IMG/VR virus record: IMGVR_UViG_3300044627_000701
Coordinates: 1-63,077 of that record
Length of the DNA: 63,077 bases
Strand: one strand, 5' to 3'
From: a virus
Taxonomy: Duplodnaviria > Caudoviricetes
Under the pieces are notes generated by a model, which saw only the letters and a list, made by a program, of their open reading frames with translations, was not told the DNA's origin and did not search any database. A program made the translations under genes and the position numbers. Positions 1-8,872 of this stretch are shown here, one piece after another; the first letter of the stretch is position 1; each line of letters opens with the position of its first letter.

Positions 1-127
1 GCAGGCGCATAAAGCGTCTCGATGTAGTTGGTCACCGTGGGGTTGGTGAGTGCTTGGTTTGTGATCGAACTAGCTACCGTAAGCGACGTCAGGTGCGTAA
101 CCGCATCCACCACGTTAGTGGCGTTGT
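1..127. repeat. 127-bp terminal direct repeat (left copy); circular-assembly overlap
   Basis: 1-127 is identical to 62951-63077, and a CDS reads in frame across the junction. Confidence 0.95.
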
Positions 128-491
128 TGTAGACCCACATGGTCTTGCCAGCCGGAACGGCGATACCGGTGCCGGAGGAGTTCTTGACCGTGATGGCGTC
201 CGCGCAGTCGTTCTGGATGATGTACGCCTTCTCGATGGCAGGCACGATAAGGTTACGGGCTCCGCCCGTTGTACCGGTGCAGCGCAAGCGCATGTTACGC
301 GCCGTCTGGGTAGCGTTGGTGTTGGTGAGCGTCAGCGTGACATCGCCGCTGGAGAAGGTGACATCCGCAGAGCCAGCAATAGCCTCCTCGATGGCGACAC
401 CAAGGTTGTCGTTCGTGACGTTACCCCACGTGGTGTTGTTCTCACCCGTGGCCATCAGCTGGATTTTGAGGTTGCTGTAAGTGCTCGGCAT
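1..491 (-). CDS. Tail fibre-type virion protein, 5' part; spans the contig junction (about 258 aa in total with 62665-62950)
   Basis: ATG at 491 gives MPSTYSNLKIQLMATGENNTTWG..., which is open to base 1 and in frame with ORF 62665..63063. Confidence 0.8.
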   Translation of the reverse strand, partial: MPSTYSNLKIQLMATGENNTTWGNVTNDNLGVAIEEAIAGSADVTFSSGDVTLTLTNTNATQTARNMRLRCTGTTGGARNLIVPAIEKAYIIQNDCADAITVKNSSGTGIAVPAGKTMWVYNNATNVVDAVTHLTSLTVASSITNQALTNPTVTNYIETLYAP

Positions 492-500
492 TTTCGTCCC

Positions 501-1328
501 TTACGTCGGTATCTCTACCCAAACTACCGTATTACCATCGTTCACCAATGTCCACGTACTGGACTGCGCGTCGTCCACAGGCTGCCAATTCGGCGTCTGG
601 TTGTCGTTGATGACCCCCCAGATATTTACGTTCGTTATGCTACCGATGGCTTGTACACCCGTTGGGTATACACCAGTTGCACCCCGTACGGCAACGGTAC
701 CGACTTCGCCGGTAGCAGAGACACCAGTTACGAAGACGCGCTTGAAGACACCTACGGTGACGCTACTCACCTGAGCATTGGCGCTTACGCCGGTAATGGT
801 AACAGCTGTAGCTGCATTTATGGTCGGTGAGCCTAGCTGCCCCGCAGCTGCGAGCCCTGTAAGCGTAACGACTGCGCCGCTAGCGATAGCAACAGTACCA
901 AGGAGCGCGTCAGCAGCTACGCCAGTGACAGGGACATTTATAGGTGCAGTAGCCTGCACCGTACCAAGAAGCGCGTTTGCCTCGACCCCGGTGACGTTTA
1001 CGCTGAAAGTGGCGCGGGCGTCAGCGATACCGACTTGACCAAATCCGGCTACGCCGTCCTCGATGATAACCGCGTCACCGCTGGTACCGGTGGTGCCTTG
1101 GAAGACCGAACCTACGAGCCCGGTTACGGTTATGTTGTTGTTGGTCTGAAGCGCTATGCTGCCAAGCGCAGACTGCCCCTCGACGCCGGTTACGTCGACA
1201 GAGATAAAAACGCCTGCGGCAGCCGTACCCAGCAGAGCTTCGGCTTGGACGCCAGTAAGCTGGACTTCTACGCTAGCAGTACCAAGGGCCGCGAACGGTG
1301 CTGTGGCGAAGGGGGTAAAACCAAACAT
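501..1328 (-). CDS. Repetitive virion/tail protein (V.VTGV.A...LGT repeats)
   Basis: 275-aa ORF with RBS AAAGGAGGT upstream and beta-rich internal repeats; lies in the tail module. Confidence 0.7.
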   Translation of the reverse strand: MFGFTPFATAPFAALGTASVEVQLTGVQAEALLGTAAAGVFISVDVTGVEGQSALGSIALQTNNNITVTGLVGSVFQGTTGTSGDAVIIEDGVAGFGQVGIADARATFSVNVTGVEANALLGTVQATAPINVPVTGVAADALLGTVAIASGAVVTLTGLAAAGQLGSPTINAATAVTITGVSANAQVSSVTVGVFKRVFVTGVSATGEVGTVAVRGATGVYPTGVQAIGSITNVNIWGVINDNQTPNWQPVDDAQSSTWTLVNDGNTVVWVEIPT

Positions 1329-1367
1329 ATAGCGTTACCTCCTTTCTAACTGCGACACAGGACTATA

Positions 1368-1418
1368 TCACGTAGTGGGTGGTGTGGGCCAGACCCGGCT
1401 GATGAGTTGCTCGATCAT
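1368..1418 (-). pseudogene. 16-aa mini-ORF MIEQLISRVWPTPPTT, probable deletion remnant
   Basis: RBS (TAAGGAAACCCC) and ATG immediately after the stop of the 1428..2570 gene. Confidence 0.4.
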
Positions 1419-1427
1419 GGGGTTTCC

Positions 1428-2570
1428 TTATGCTGCGCCGAAGGCTACGCCCCTGCCCTCTCCTGCCGGCAGCGTGGCTGGATTGGTGAACTTCGTGCCA
1501 AAACCGCTGCCACTCCAAGGATAGGCAGTGATGAAAGGCGTTGTGAAATACGCCACAGCGATGGCATCGCCTGCGGGGCTGAACGCTACACCGTAGCCAC
1601 CTCCAGTCGGCAGCGTCGCTGGATCAGCAAACTTCGTGCCAAAGCCTGAACCGCTCCAAGGGTAGGCGGTGATGAAGGGTGTTGTGTCGTGCGCCACGGC
1701 GATGGCATCGCCTGCGGGACTGAAGGCTACACCTCTACCGCCGTTCGGAGGCAGCGTAGCGGGATTGGCAAACTTAGCGCCAAAGCCAGACCCGCTCCAA
1801 GGGTAGGCAGTGACAAATGGTGAGGAAGCATGCGCTACGGCGATGGCATCGCCTGCTGGGCTGAAAGCTACGCCCCGACCGGTATTCGTAGGCAGTGTCG
1901 CGGGGTTGGCAAACTTTGTACCAAAGCCTGAACCGCTCCACGGGTATGCAGTGATACGAGGGGAGAAGCCGTGCGCTACTGCGATGGCGTTGCCTGCTGG
2001 GCTGAAAGCTACGCCTTCGCCATCGCCCGTGGGCAGCGTCGCTGGATCAGCAAACTTAGTCCCGAACCCGCTGCCGCTCCAAGGGTAGGCGGAGATACGG
2101 GGCGATGTGGTATGCGCTACAGCGATGGCATCGCCTGCTGGGCTGAACGCTACGCCTCTACCAGTGCTAGGGGGCAGCGTACCCGGGTTAGCAAACTTTG
2201 CGCCAAAGCCAGAGCCGCTCCACGGGTAGGCCGTGATGAAGGGTGTTATGCCGTGCGCTACAGCGATAGCATTGCCTGATGGGCTGAACGCCACGCCTAC
2301 ACCGTCGCCTGTAGGCAGAGTAGCTGGATTGGCAAACTTAGTGCCGAAGCCGCTGCCGCTCCACGGATAGGCCGAGATGAAAGGTGTCGTGCTGTGCGCC
2401 ACGGCGAGGTATTCAAGTCGCGCATTCCCCGCAATCGGCCACAGCCCCTGCTTCGTCCAGAAAGCCGCCTCGGCAAGCGTCCACACGCCCGGAGCCGCAC
2501 CGTTCTGGTATGGCCCAGCCGGCGTTACAGGGGTTTTGCGGATCAGGCCGCCGGGCCAACGGTTACTCAT
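1428..2570 (-). CDS. Tail-associated 7-bladed beta-propeller (WD40-like) protein, copy 3
   Basis: Seven 47-aa repeats (TAYPWSGSGFGTKFANPATLP..G.GVAFSP.G.AIAVAH) after an N-terminal GVWTL...GLWP segment. Confidence 0.8.
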   Translation of the reverse strand: MSNRWPGGLIRKTPVTPAGPYQNGAAPGVWTLAEAAFWTKQGLWPIAGNARLEYLAVAHSTTPFISAYPWSGSGFGTKFANPATLPTGDGVGVAFSPSGNAIAVAHGITPFITAYPWSGSGFGAKFANPGTLPPSTGRGVAFSPAGDAIAVAHTTSPRISAYPWSGSGFGTKFADPATLPTGDGEGVAFSPAGNAIAVAHGFSPRITAYPWSGSGFGTKFANPATLPTNTGRGVAFSPAGDAIAVAHASSPFVTAYPWSGSGFGAKFANPATLPPNGGRGVAFSPAGDAIAVAHDTTPFITAYPWSGSGFGTKFADPATLPTGGGYGVAFSPAGDAIAVAYFTTPFITAYPWSGSGFGTKFTNPATLPAGEGRGVAFGAA

Positions 2571-2576
2571 TAAAAA

Positions 2577-3017
2577 TTACCCCGCAGGTGGCCAGACGAT
2601 GTTAAACGGGTCGGTCTGTGTCTGCGGCAGGTCGCGCAGGGCTTGACGGTAAACGGCCCACTGAAGGTCGTCCGCTGGGGCATCAGCAAGTTGTGTCCAA
2701 TCACACGCGGCCAGCTTCGTATTACGCTCTGCGCGGACAGTAGCCCACTGTGCGTCTGTCTCTTCAGTCGTCAGGTCCACTAACTTCCAGCGCTCAAAAA
2801 ACATACCGTCCACGCTTTCCGGTAGGTCGCGTACCTGCTTCTTACCAACGGGAGCGATACTCGGCTCAGTCGGCTGCACCGGGAAGCAGTGATATTCAGC
2901 CGCGATGGCGTCGGTGATGTCTACGGGAAACTTCACGCCGGGGTTAGCCAGACGAAGATCAGTCAGGGTGTAGGGGTACACTGCCGAACCGCCGGGGGGA
3001 TTTAAATAGTAGAACAT
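2577..3017 (-). CDS. Tail fibre assembly chaperone-like protein
   Basis: C-terminal VRAERN.KL...DWTQL.D...W..YRQALRDLP......WP.. motif typical of this family. Confidence 0.75.
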   Translation of the reverse strand: MFYYLNPPGGSAVYPYTLTDLRLANPGVKFPVDITDAIAAEYHCFPVQPTEPSIAPVGKKQVRDLPESVDGMFFERWKLVDLTTEETDAQWATVRAERNTKLAACDWTQLADAPADDLQWAVYRQALRDLPQTQTDPFNIVWPPAG

Positions 3018-3274
3018 TAGTTAGTCTCCAGTTGCTTGGCCATCACGTCGCGCATGATGACTTCCTTCGCCTGCTCAATGATCGAGCTACCGAGTAGTTC
3101 GCGCAGGCGATTGGCGAACTCGGCCATAATCTCGCAGTCGGGGTGCTTCTCAGCAATCTCTTGCAGCGCCAACTGGTAGTTGTCGATGTTGATCTGGTGG
3201 TGCATAACCTCGCGCTGACGGTGCTCGTAGGCGTCAGTGAGGATCTTGGTGCGTTCTTCGTTGAGGTCGATCAT
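3017..3274 (-). CDS. Hypothetical protein (helical)
   Basis: 85-aa ORF with RBS AAGGAG; its stop overlaps the next gene's start. Confidence 0.65.
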   Translation of the reverse strand: MIDLNEERTKILTDAYEHRQREVMHHQINIDNYQLALQEIAEKHPDCEIMAEFANRLRELLGSSIIEQAKEVIMRDVMAKQLETN

Positions 3275-3286
3275 GTGTTGTGCTCC

Positions 3287-4360
3287 TTATGAAATCAGCC
3301 CGAAGGCAACGCCGTAGCCAATGGTGCCAGCCGGCAGCGTCGCCGGGTCGGCAAACTTTGTACCAAAGCCGGAGCCAGACCACGGATAGGCGGTGACGAA
3401 GGGTGAAGCGTTGTGCGCCACGACGATAGCATCACCAGTAGGGCTGAACGTTACGCCGTTTCCAGTGCCTGTAGGCAACGTAGCCGGATCGGCGAACTTC
3501 GTCCCAAAGCCGGAACCTGACCACGGGTAGGCGGTGATGAACGGTGAACTGCCGTGTGCAACGGCGATAGCGTTACCAGAGGGTGAAAACGCCACGCCGA
3601 AACCCTCACCTGTTGGTAGCGTTGCGGGGTTAGTAAACTTCGTGCCGAAGCTAGTGCCACTCCACGGATAAGCGCTGATGAAGGGTGAGATCTCATGTGC
3701 TACAGCAATAGCGTCGCCGGATGGGCTAAAAGCTACGCTAAAGCCATTGTCTGCAGGCAATGTAGCTGGGTTGTTACGCTTCGTTCCGAATGTGGTGCCG
3801 CTCCATGCATAAACGGTGACAAAGGGAGATGTGCTGTGTGCCAAAGCGATGTTATCACCAGTAGGGCTGAACGTTACGCCGTTTCCAGTGCCTGTAGGCA
3901 ACGTAGCGGGATTGGCACGTTTACTGCCAAAGCCTGAGTCGCTCCAAGGGTAAAGTGAGATAAATGGCGTGGTACTGTGTGCTATGACGATAGCGTTGCC
4001 AGTAGGACTAAATGCTACGCCACGACCATCTCCGGTAGGAACCGTACCCGGATTAGCAAACTTCGTGCCAAAGCCAGAACGGGTCCACGGATACGCCGTT
4101 ACATAAGGCGTGTTACCGTGTGCTATGGCGATTGCGTTGCCGGATGGGCTGAATGCTATACTACGACCAATCCCAGCCGGCAGCGTCGCCGGGTCGGCAA
4201 ACTTTGTACCAAAGCCGGAGCCAGACCACGGATAGGCGGTGACGAAGGGTGAAGCGTTGTGCGCTACAGCAACGAAATACTGCGGCGACAACTGCCACAG
4301 GCCCGCCGACACAGCCTGAAGCTGCTGCACGAGCGACCAGACCCCGCTGTAATTCGGCAT
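3287..4360 (-). CDS. Tail-associated 7-bladed beta-propeller protein, copy 2
   Basis: Seven 47-aa repeats; N-terminal SGVWSL...GLW segment. Confidence 0.8.
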   Translation of the reverse strand: MPNYSGVWSLVQQLQAVSAGLWQLSPQYFVAVAHNASPFVTAYPWSGSGFGTKFADPATLPAGIGRSIAFSPSGNAIAIAHGNTPYVTAYPWTRSGFGTKFANPGTVPTGDGRGVAFSPTGNAIVIAHSTTPFISLYPWSDSGFGSKRANPATLPTGTGNGVTFSPTGDNIALAHSTSPFVTVYAWSGTTFGTKRNNPATLPADNGFSVAFSPSGDAIAVAHEISPFISAYPWSGTSFGTKFTNPATLPTGEGFGVAFSPSGNAIAVAHGSSPFITAYPWSGSGFGTKFADPATLPTGTGNGVTFSPTGDAIVVAHNASPFVTAYPWSGSGFGTKFADPATLPAGTIGYGVAFGLIS

Positions 4361-4395
4361 CAGAGGTTCCCCGTGTGGAAGGAGCGCGTGGTCAT
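4360..4395 (-). CDS. 11-aa mini-ORF MTTRSFHTGNL, translationally coupled to the next gene
   Basis: RBS TAAGGAGA upstream; its TGA overlaps the ATG of 3287..4360 (TGATG). Confidence 0.4.
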   Translation of the reverse strand: MTTRSFHTGNL

Positions 4396-4405
4396 AGGGG
4401 TCTCC

Positions 4406-5722
4406 TTAGCCGGCACCGAAGGCGACGCCGTTGCCAAGGCCCGCAGGCAGCGTAGCAGGATTGGCGAATTTCGTTCCAAAGCCAGAGCCAGACCAAGGAT
4501 AGGCTGTTACACCGGGAGAGCCGTCTTGTGCTACAGCGATAGCATCCCCAGCATAACTGAACGCCACACGGATGCCAGTAGCCGTAGGCAGGGTAGCAGG
4601 ATCGGCGAACTTAGTACCAAAGCCTGAGCCAGACCAAGGATAGGCTGTTATATTTGGAGACCCCGAGTGCGCTACCGCGATGGCATCGCCAGCGGGGCTA
4701 AATGCTACGCCAAAGCCAAGGCCCGCAGGCAGCGTAGCAGGATTGGCGAATTTCGTTCCAAAGCCAGAGCCAGACCATGCATAGGCGGTGACGAAGGGCG
4801 ATATGTCGTGCGCTACAGCGATGGCATTACCAGACGGGCTAAACGCTACCGTATTACAATTACCAGTCGGCAGCGTAGCAGGATTGGTGAACTTCGTGCC
4901 GAAGCCAGAACCAGACCAAGGGTAGGCTGTGACGCGGGGCGATGTGTCGTGCGCTACAGCGATGGCATTACCAGACGGGCTAAAGGCTACGCCGTTACCA
5001 GTACCCGTAGGGGTCGTAGCAGGATTGGCGAATTTCGTGCCGAAGCCAGAGACAGACCATGGGTAGGCGGTGACGAAGGGCGTAACATAATGCGCCACGG
5101 CGATGGCGTCGCCAGACGGACTGAACGCTACGCCTCGGCACCCGTCCGTAGGCAGCGTGGCAGGATCGGCAAACTTCGTCCCGAAGCCAGAGACACTCCA
5201 AGGGTAAGCTGTGACGAATGGAGTAGATTCGTGTGCTACGGCAATGGCGTTGGCTGCGGGGGTGAACGCTACGTTGCGCCCGGCACTCGTAGGCAGCGTA
5301 GCAGGATTGGTGAACTTCGTGCCGAAGCCAGAACCAGACCAAGGGTAGGCTGTGACGAAGGGCGTGTTGGTGGACCCCACAGCAATATACTGCGGCAAAG
5401 CAGGCGTCGCGCTATTACTCGCCCCACTCGCAGGCGAAGGCCCGTAGCTGTTCAGCGCGGTGACGCGGAACGTGTAGGCGGTGCCGTTGGTCAGGCCGGA
5501 GACGGTAATCGGCGATGACGCGCCAGACGCGCCGACGTTCCCCGGAGTGCTCTGCACGGCGTAGCTGGTGATAGCCGATCCGCCGACGTTAGCCGGCGCA
5601 GTAAAGGCCACAGACGCGGACGCATTACCACCCGTCGCCGTGCCGATGGTTGGCGCGTTCGGAGCCTGCAGCGGGTTGAACCCGACGCCGAGAATGCCGC
5701 CCGGAAACTTGCTAAGGGGCAC
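4406..5722 (-). CDS. Fibronectin type III + 7-bladed beta-propeller tail protein, copy 1
   Basis: FN3 signature (P.AP...V.F.AP...GG..ITSY...VSGLTNGTAYTFRVTALN.YG) followed by seven 47-aa repeats. Confidence 0.8.
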   Translation of the reverse strand: MPLSKFPGGILGVGFNPLQAPNAPTIGTATGGNASASVAFTAPANVGGSAITSYAVQSTPGNVGASGASSPITVSGLTNGTAYTFRVTALNSYGPSPASGASNSATPALPQYIAVGSTNTPFVTAYPWSGSGFGTKFTNPATLPTSAGRNVAFTPAANAIAVAHESTPFVTAYPWSVSGFGTKFADPATLPTDGCRGVAFSPSGDAIAVAHYVTPFVTAYPWSVSGFGTKFANPATTPTGTGNGVAFSPSGNAIAVAHDTSPRVTAYPWSGSGFGTKFTNPATLPTGNCNTVAFSPSGNAIAVAHDISPFVTAYAWSGSGFGTKFANPATLPAGLGFGVAFSPAGDAIAVAHSGSPNITAYPWSGSGFGTKFADPATLPTATGIRVAFSYAGDAIAVAQDGSPGVTAYPWSGSGFGTKFANPATLPAGLGNGVAFGAG

Positions 5723-5734
5723 TAACGCCTCCTG

Positions 5735-6109
5735 TTACGAAATGTCTTCCCACGAGCAAGTTACAACAAGATCGTTCGCCGTGCCAGCGATAGCGCCGAT
5801 GCTCTCGTTTTCCTTGAGGTAGATCGACGTGGTCTTATCGACGACGATCAGCGTGGCGTCAGCCGGCACTGAGATCGTTGACGCAATCGCGAAAGCCGTG
5901 CCACCCAGTGCAGCCGCGCTGTACTTGTTGATCGTGATGTCAGCGGCGTTGGTGCCATCGACGTTCGATACAAGAATCGCGTTGATTTTCAGCACCTTAC
6001 CACTTGATGCAGCGTTGCTGACGATCTGCGTCGCGGAGGTCGAGGTCAGCGATACGCTGCTGTTGTCGCCGAGAATGGATGTGACGTTGACAATATTCGG
6101 GTTGGCCAT
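5735..6109 (-). CDS. Virion structural protein
   Basis: 124-aa beta-rich ORF in the tail module. Confidence 0.65.
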   Translation of the reverse strand: MANPNIVNVTSILGDNSSVSLTSTSATQIVSNAASSGKVLKINAILVSNVDGTNAADITINKYSAAALGGTAFAIASTISVPADATLIVVDKTTSIYLKENESIGAIAGTANDLVVTCSWEDIS

Positions 6110-6120
6110 GACCTAGTTCC

Positions 6121-6675
6121 TCACAAGCCGAAAATGAGGGAAAAGGCGATTGCCTGCCCCTTAGTTGCGCCGCTGGCAGCCGGAGCCGCGCTCGTCCACG
6201 TTGTGCCGTTGCTGGTTAGAACGTTACCATTGGTACCGGGAGCGACTACCTGCACCGCCGATGTGCCGTTACCGAGCAGGACGTTGTTAGCCGTCAGCGT
6301 TGCAGCGCCGGTGCCGCCGTTGGCGACGGGAAGGATAGCCGTCCCGGCCTTGATAACTGCTCCGTCTTGGTACACCGACTCCTCTGCCGGGTATGTGACG
6401 AAGACGTCCTTGGTCCCCGCCGCAAAGTCTACCAAAGACCCACCGTTGCTCGACGACAACACCGTATCGCGCGATAGGGTCGTGCCGGAGGACGTATAGG
6501 TGCCAATGCCGACCTCCCACTGGGAGCCGCCAGCGATGGTGTAATAGGTCGTGTTTCCGTTGCCGACCGCAGTAAAAGACTGAAAGCCTGCCGGTGGAGA
6601 GTTGGCAAGCGTAATTGTACCCGTACCCGTAGAGGTCGTGGTGTCCTTTACGCGGTCAGCAAGGACGAGAGCCAT
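6121..6675 (-). CDS. Tail fibre-related protein
   Basis: 184 aa, Thr/Gly-rich, with a LPVANGGTGA motif common in tail fibres. Confidence 0.65.
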   Translation of the reverse strand: MALVLADRVKDTTTSTGTGTITLANSPPAGFQSFTAVGNGNTTYYTIAGGSQWEVGIGTYTSSGTTLSRDTVLSSSNGGSLVDFAAGTKDVFVTYPAEESVYQDGAVIKAGTAILPVANGGTGAATLTANNVLLGNGTSAVQVVAPGTNGNVLTSNGTTWTSAAPAASGATKGQAIAFSLIFGL

Positions 6676-6827
6676 TACTTAATACCGTTACGCACAAAAG
6701 CAGCCAGAAGGGCGGTGAACACCAGCTGTGAGGTATCAGCCAGCGAAGCGTCACCGGTCAGGAACTCAGCTACCGCTACGACGATAGCCACACCAGCGGT
6801 GATGTAGGTCTTATAACCAGCGAGCAT
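6675..6827 (-). CDS. Small 2-TM holin-like protein (50 aa; absent from the ORF track)
   Basis: MLAGYKTYITAGVAIVVAVAEFLTG...; RBS AAGGAG; directly downstream of the endolysin. Confidence 0.6.
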   Translation of the reverse strand: MLAGYKTYITAGVAIVVAVAEFLTGDASLADTSQLVFTALLAAFVRNGIK

Positions 6828-6838
6828 GTCTTTTCTCC

Positions 6839-7450
6839 TTAGAGCCAGTTAGCGAACTTCTTCGTCTTCACCATGCGGTCGTCGAGACCATGCGTGCCGC
6901 CGTTGATGCGCTTCGTCAGGGCAAGGATAGCGGCGTCGTTGATACCCTTATCACAGATCGACCATAGCTTATTTTTATCGAAAAACCAAAGCGCGCTTTC
7001 GAAGCACAGCTCACCCGCCACGAGGTTCGGGTTCTCCATCACGTCTGGGCGGTCGATGTAATCCGAGAACGCCTTATAGTTCAGCTTGCCCGTGAGTTGC
7101 AGCGCGCCGCGCCCACGGTACTTCCAGCCATCTCCCGACCACTCATCATCGTTACCCATGCGGCTGGCATAGACGCGGTTGGCGATCTTCTGTGGCTGGC
7201 GCTCGTACATCTTGGCCATAGCGTCGGTCGGGAAATACTTGCCGAAGATACCACGTAGGCCCTTCGCGCCGTAGTTCAGGTTCTCGCTGAACGCGGTGAA
7301 GTTGCCGCTCTCGTGTGCCGTCTGAGCAAAGAAGTGCGCAGCGCGGTTAGGCGACAGCTTGTAGTAAGCGGCGGCGGCCTTGAGCGTGCCGGGACCGAAC
7401 GCACCGTCAGCGGTGACGCCAATCTTTTTCTGAAGGTCTACGAGGCTCAT
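6839..7450 (-). CDS. Endolysin, glycoside hydrolase family 19
   Basis: AHFFAQTAHES, ENLNY, YRGRGALQLTGKLNY and TKRINGG motifs. Confidence 0.9.
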   Translation of the reverse strand: MSLVDLQKKIGVTADGAFGPGTLKAAAAYYKLSPNRAAHFFAQTAHESGNFTAFSENLNYGAKGLRGIFGKYFPTDAMAKMYERQPQKIANRVYASRMGNDDEWSGDGWKYRGRGALQLTGKLNYKAFSDYIDRPDVMENPNLVAGELCFESALWFFDKNKLWSICDKGINDAAILALTKRINGGTHGLDDRMVKTKKFANWL

Positions 7451-7614
7451 TCGTCCTTCTTCTTATTCCAGAGTTCGAAGAGCGTCTTGATCTTCTCCTC
7501 CGCCACGCCAAGGCGCACGTCCATCTTGGCAAGGATGATCGTCAACGAGATGAACGCCAGCACGACCGGCCAGAGCTGACCAATCAGTTCAACTGTGGAG
7601 AGATTGCCGGTCAT
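7447..7614 (-). CDS. Small 1-TM lysis-cassette protein (55 aa; absent from the ORF track)
   Basis: MTGNLSTVELIGQLWPVVLAFISLTIILAK...; start and stop overlap both neighbouring genes. Confidence 0.6.
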   Translation of the reverse strand: MTGNLSTVELIGQLWPVVLAFISLTIILAKMDVRLGVAEEKIKTLFELWNKKKDE

Positions 7615-8096
7615 TACGCCCCCGGATTACGCCAATCCGGGAAGTCGTCCTCATCCACCACGCCGTCGCCATTGGCATCGTAGCGCAGATCGTTGCGGTA
7701 CTTCTCCCACGGGGCCATGTCATCGTCATCGTCATCGTCTTCGACAACTGGGTCAGCAGGGCGGACCAACGGTACAGGATTAAACTCACCGACTTCTGGG
7801 TCCGGGTCAGGCTCGACCGGGGCGGGTTCCGCCGACTTGTCACGCGCATTGGCGTTGAGGCTCAGGCCACCCAGCAGGCCGACGAACGCACCGACGATGG
7901 TGTTGAACGCAGGGCCGATGATCTCAAAGACCTTATTGCTGTCCACGATGTGGTTCGGCGCGAACATGCCGGCGACCATAGCGATAACGACGACGAGGAT
8001 GACCGCCGCAAGCGTCACGACCGCCAAGCGGATCGTGAACTCAATAGTGTCCTCGATGCCGTCGCGGCTGCTCTCGAAGCGGTCCCAGAAGCTCAC
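7614..8096 (-). CDS. 2-TM membrane protein with an acidic, EF-hand-like C-terminus
   Basis: Likely GTG start at 8096 (MSFWDRF); two hydrophobic segments; C-terminal DANGDGVVDEDD loop. Confidence 0.6.
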   Translation of the reverse strand: MSFWDRFESSRDGIEDTIEFTIRLAVVTLAAVILVVVIAMVAGMFAPNHIVDSNKVFEIIGPAFNTIVGAFVGLLGGLSLNANARDKSAEPAPVEPDPDPEVGEFNPVPLVRPADPVVEDDDDDDDMAPWEKYRNDLRYDANGDGVVDEDDFPDWRNPGA

Positions 8097-8097
8097 C

Positions 8098-8571
8098 TTA
8101 AGCGATCCGGATAATGGCCGTCGTGTTGGTCGCCGTCGGGAAGATGATAGTAAAGTCACCGTCCGTCGAGGTCTTGTCCGAGCCGAAGTCCAGAACCGCC
8201 ACAGCTGCGTTAGTCAGCGTGGTGTTGGCGTTCGAGTTTGCCGAAGGCGTGTTGTTGTAGATAAGCGCACCGCGAGCCGTGATGGTCGCGTTGGCGAAGG
8301 TCAGGTCCGAGAAGTCGGTGAAGCCGACACCGGTCGAAGCCGTGTTGTTAGACGTCACGACGCCAAGGTTCACCAGCGTACCGCCGCCAGCCGTGTAGTT
8401 GGTGCCCGATACTTCGTTCGACGCGCTATACGCCGTGGTGTTGGCGTCGATGCTGGCCGACGAGGTGTACAGCGCCAGCTTGAAGGTGTCGCCACCGGTA
8501 GCGCGAAAGTCATGAACCGCAAGGAGGATTTCCGCCTTGAAGCTAGTGCACATTGCTTGAGTAATTGCCAT
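8098..8571 (-). CDS. Virion structural protein
   Basis: 157 aa (MAITQAMCTSFKAE...FKLALYT); position in the structural operon. Confidence 0.7.
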   Translation of the reverse strand: MAITQAMCTSFKAEILLAVHDFRATGGDTFKLALYTSSASIDANTTAYSASNEVSGTNYTAGGGTLVNLGVVTSNNTASTGVGFTDFSDLTFANATITARGALIYNNTPSANSNANTTLTNAAVAVLDFGSDKTSTDGDFTIIFPTATNTTAIIRIA

Positions 8572-8583
8572 CTTAAGGTATCC

Positions 8584-8871
8584 TTATGCGTCGAGGATCG
8601 GGATTAGCTCTGGATGACCCGCCTGTTTAAATTTGTTCACCAGAGTCACGTTATGCGACCGCACCGCTTCGTGCATATAATGCACAAGCACAGCACGGAT
8701 GCTGTCTTTGAAGGCTTCAGCCTGATCCCGGATAGCCGGATGCGTGTTGCTACCTACGTAGATGATCTTGTCCAGCGCGCGTTCGGCAATCTCTTCGGGG
8801 GTGAAGCCACGCCCCTCCGTCGTCATAACCATGACGCTGCCGATATCACCGCCTGCGAGTGCGCTAAACAT
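8584..8871 (-). CDS. Hypothetical phage protein
   Basis: 95-aa ORF tightly packed in the operon. Confidence 0.65.
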   Translation of the reverse strand: MFSALAGGDIGSVMVMTTEGRGFTPEEIAERALDKIIYVGSNTHPAIRDQAEAFKDSIRAVLVHYMHEAVRSHNVTLVNKFKQAGHPELIPILDA

Positions 8872-8872
8872 A

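Noticed and set aside
1-127. Biological terminal repeat
   Set aside because: It is exactly 127 bp, a common assembler k-mer length, and lies in the middle of a CDS, so a circular-contig overlap is the best explanation.
1428-5722. Diversity-generating retroelement
   Set aside because: There is no reverse transcriptase and no non-coding template repeat, and the differences between repeats are not adenine-specific.
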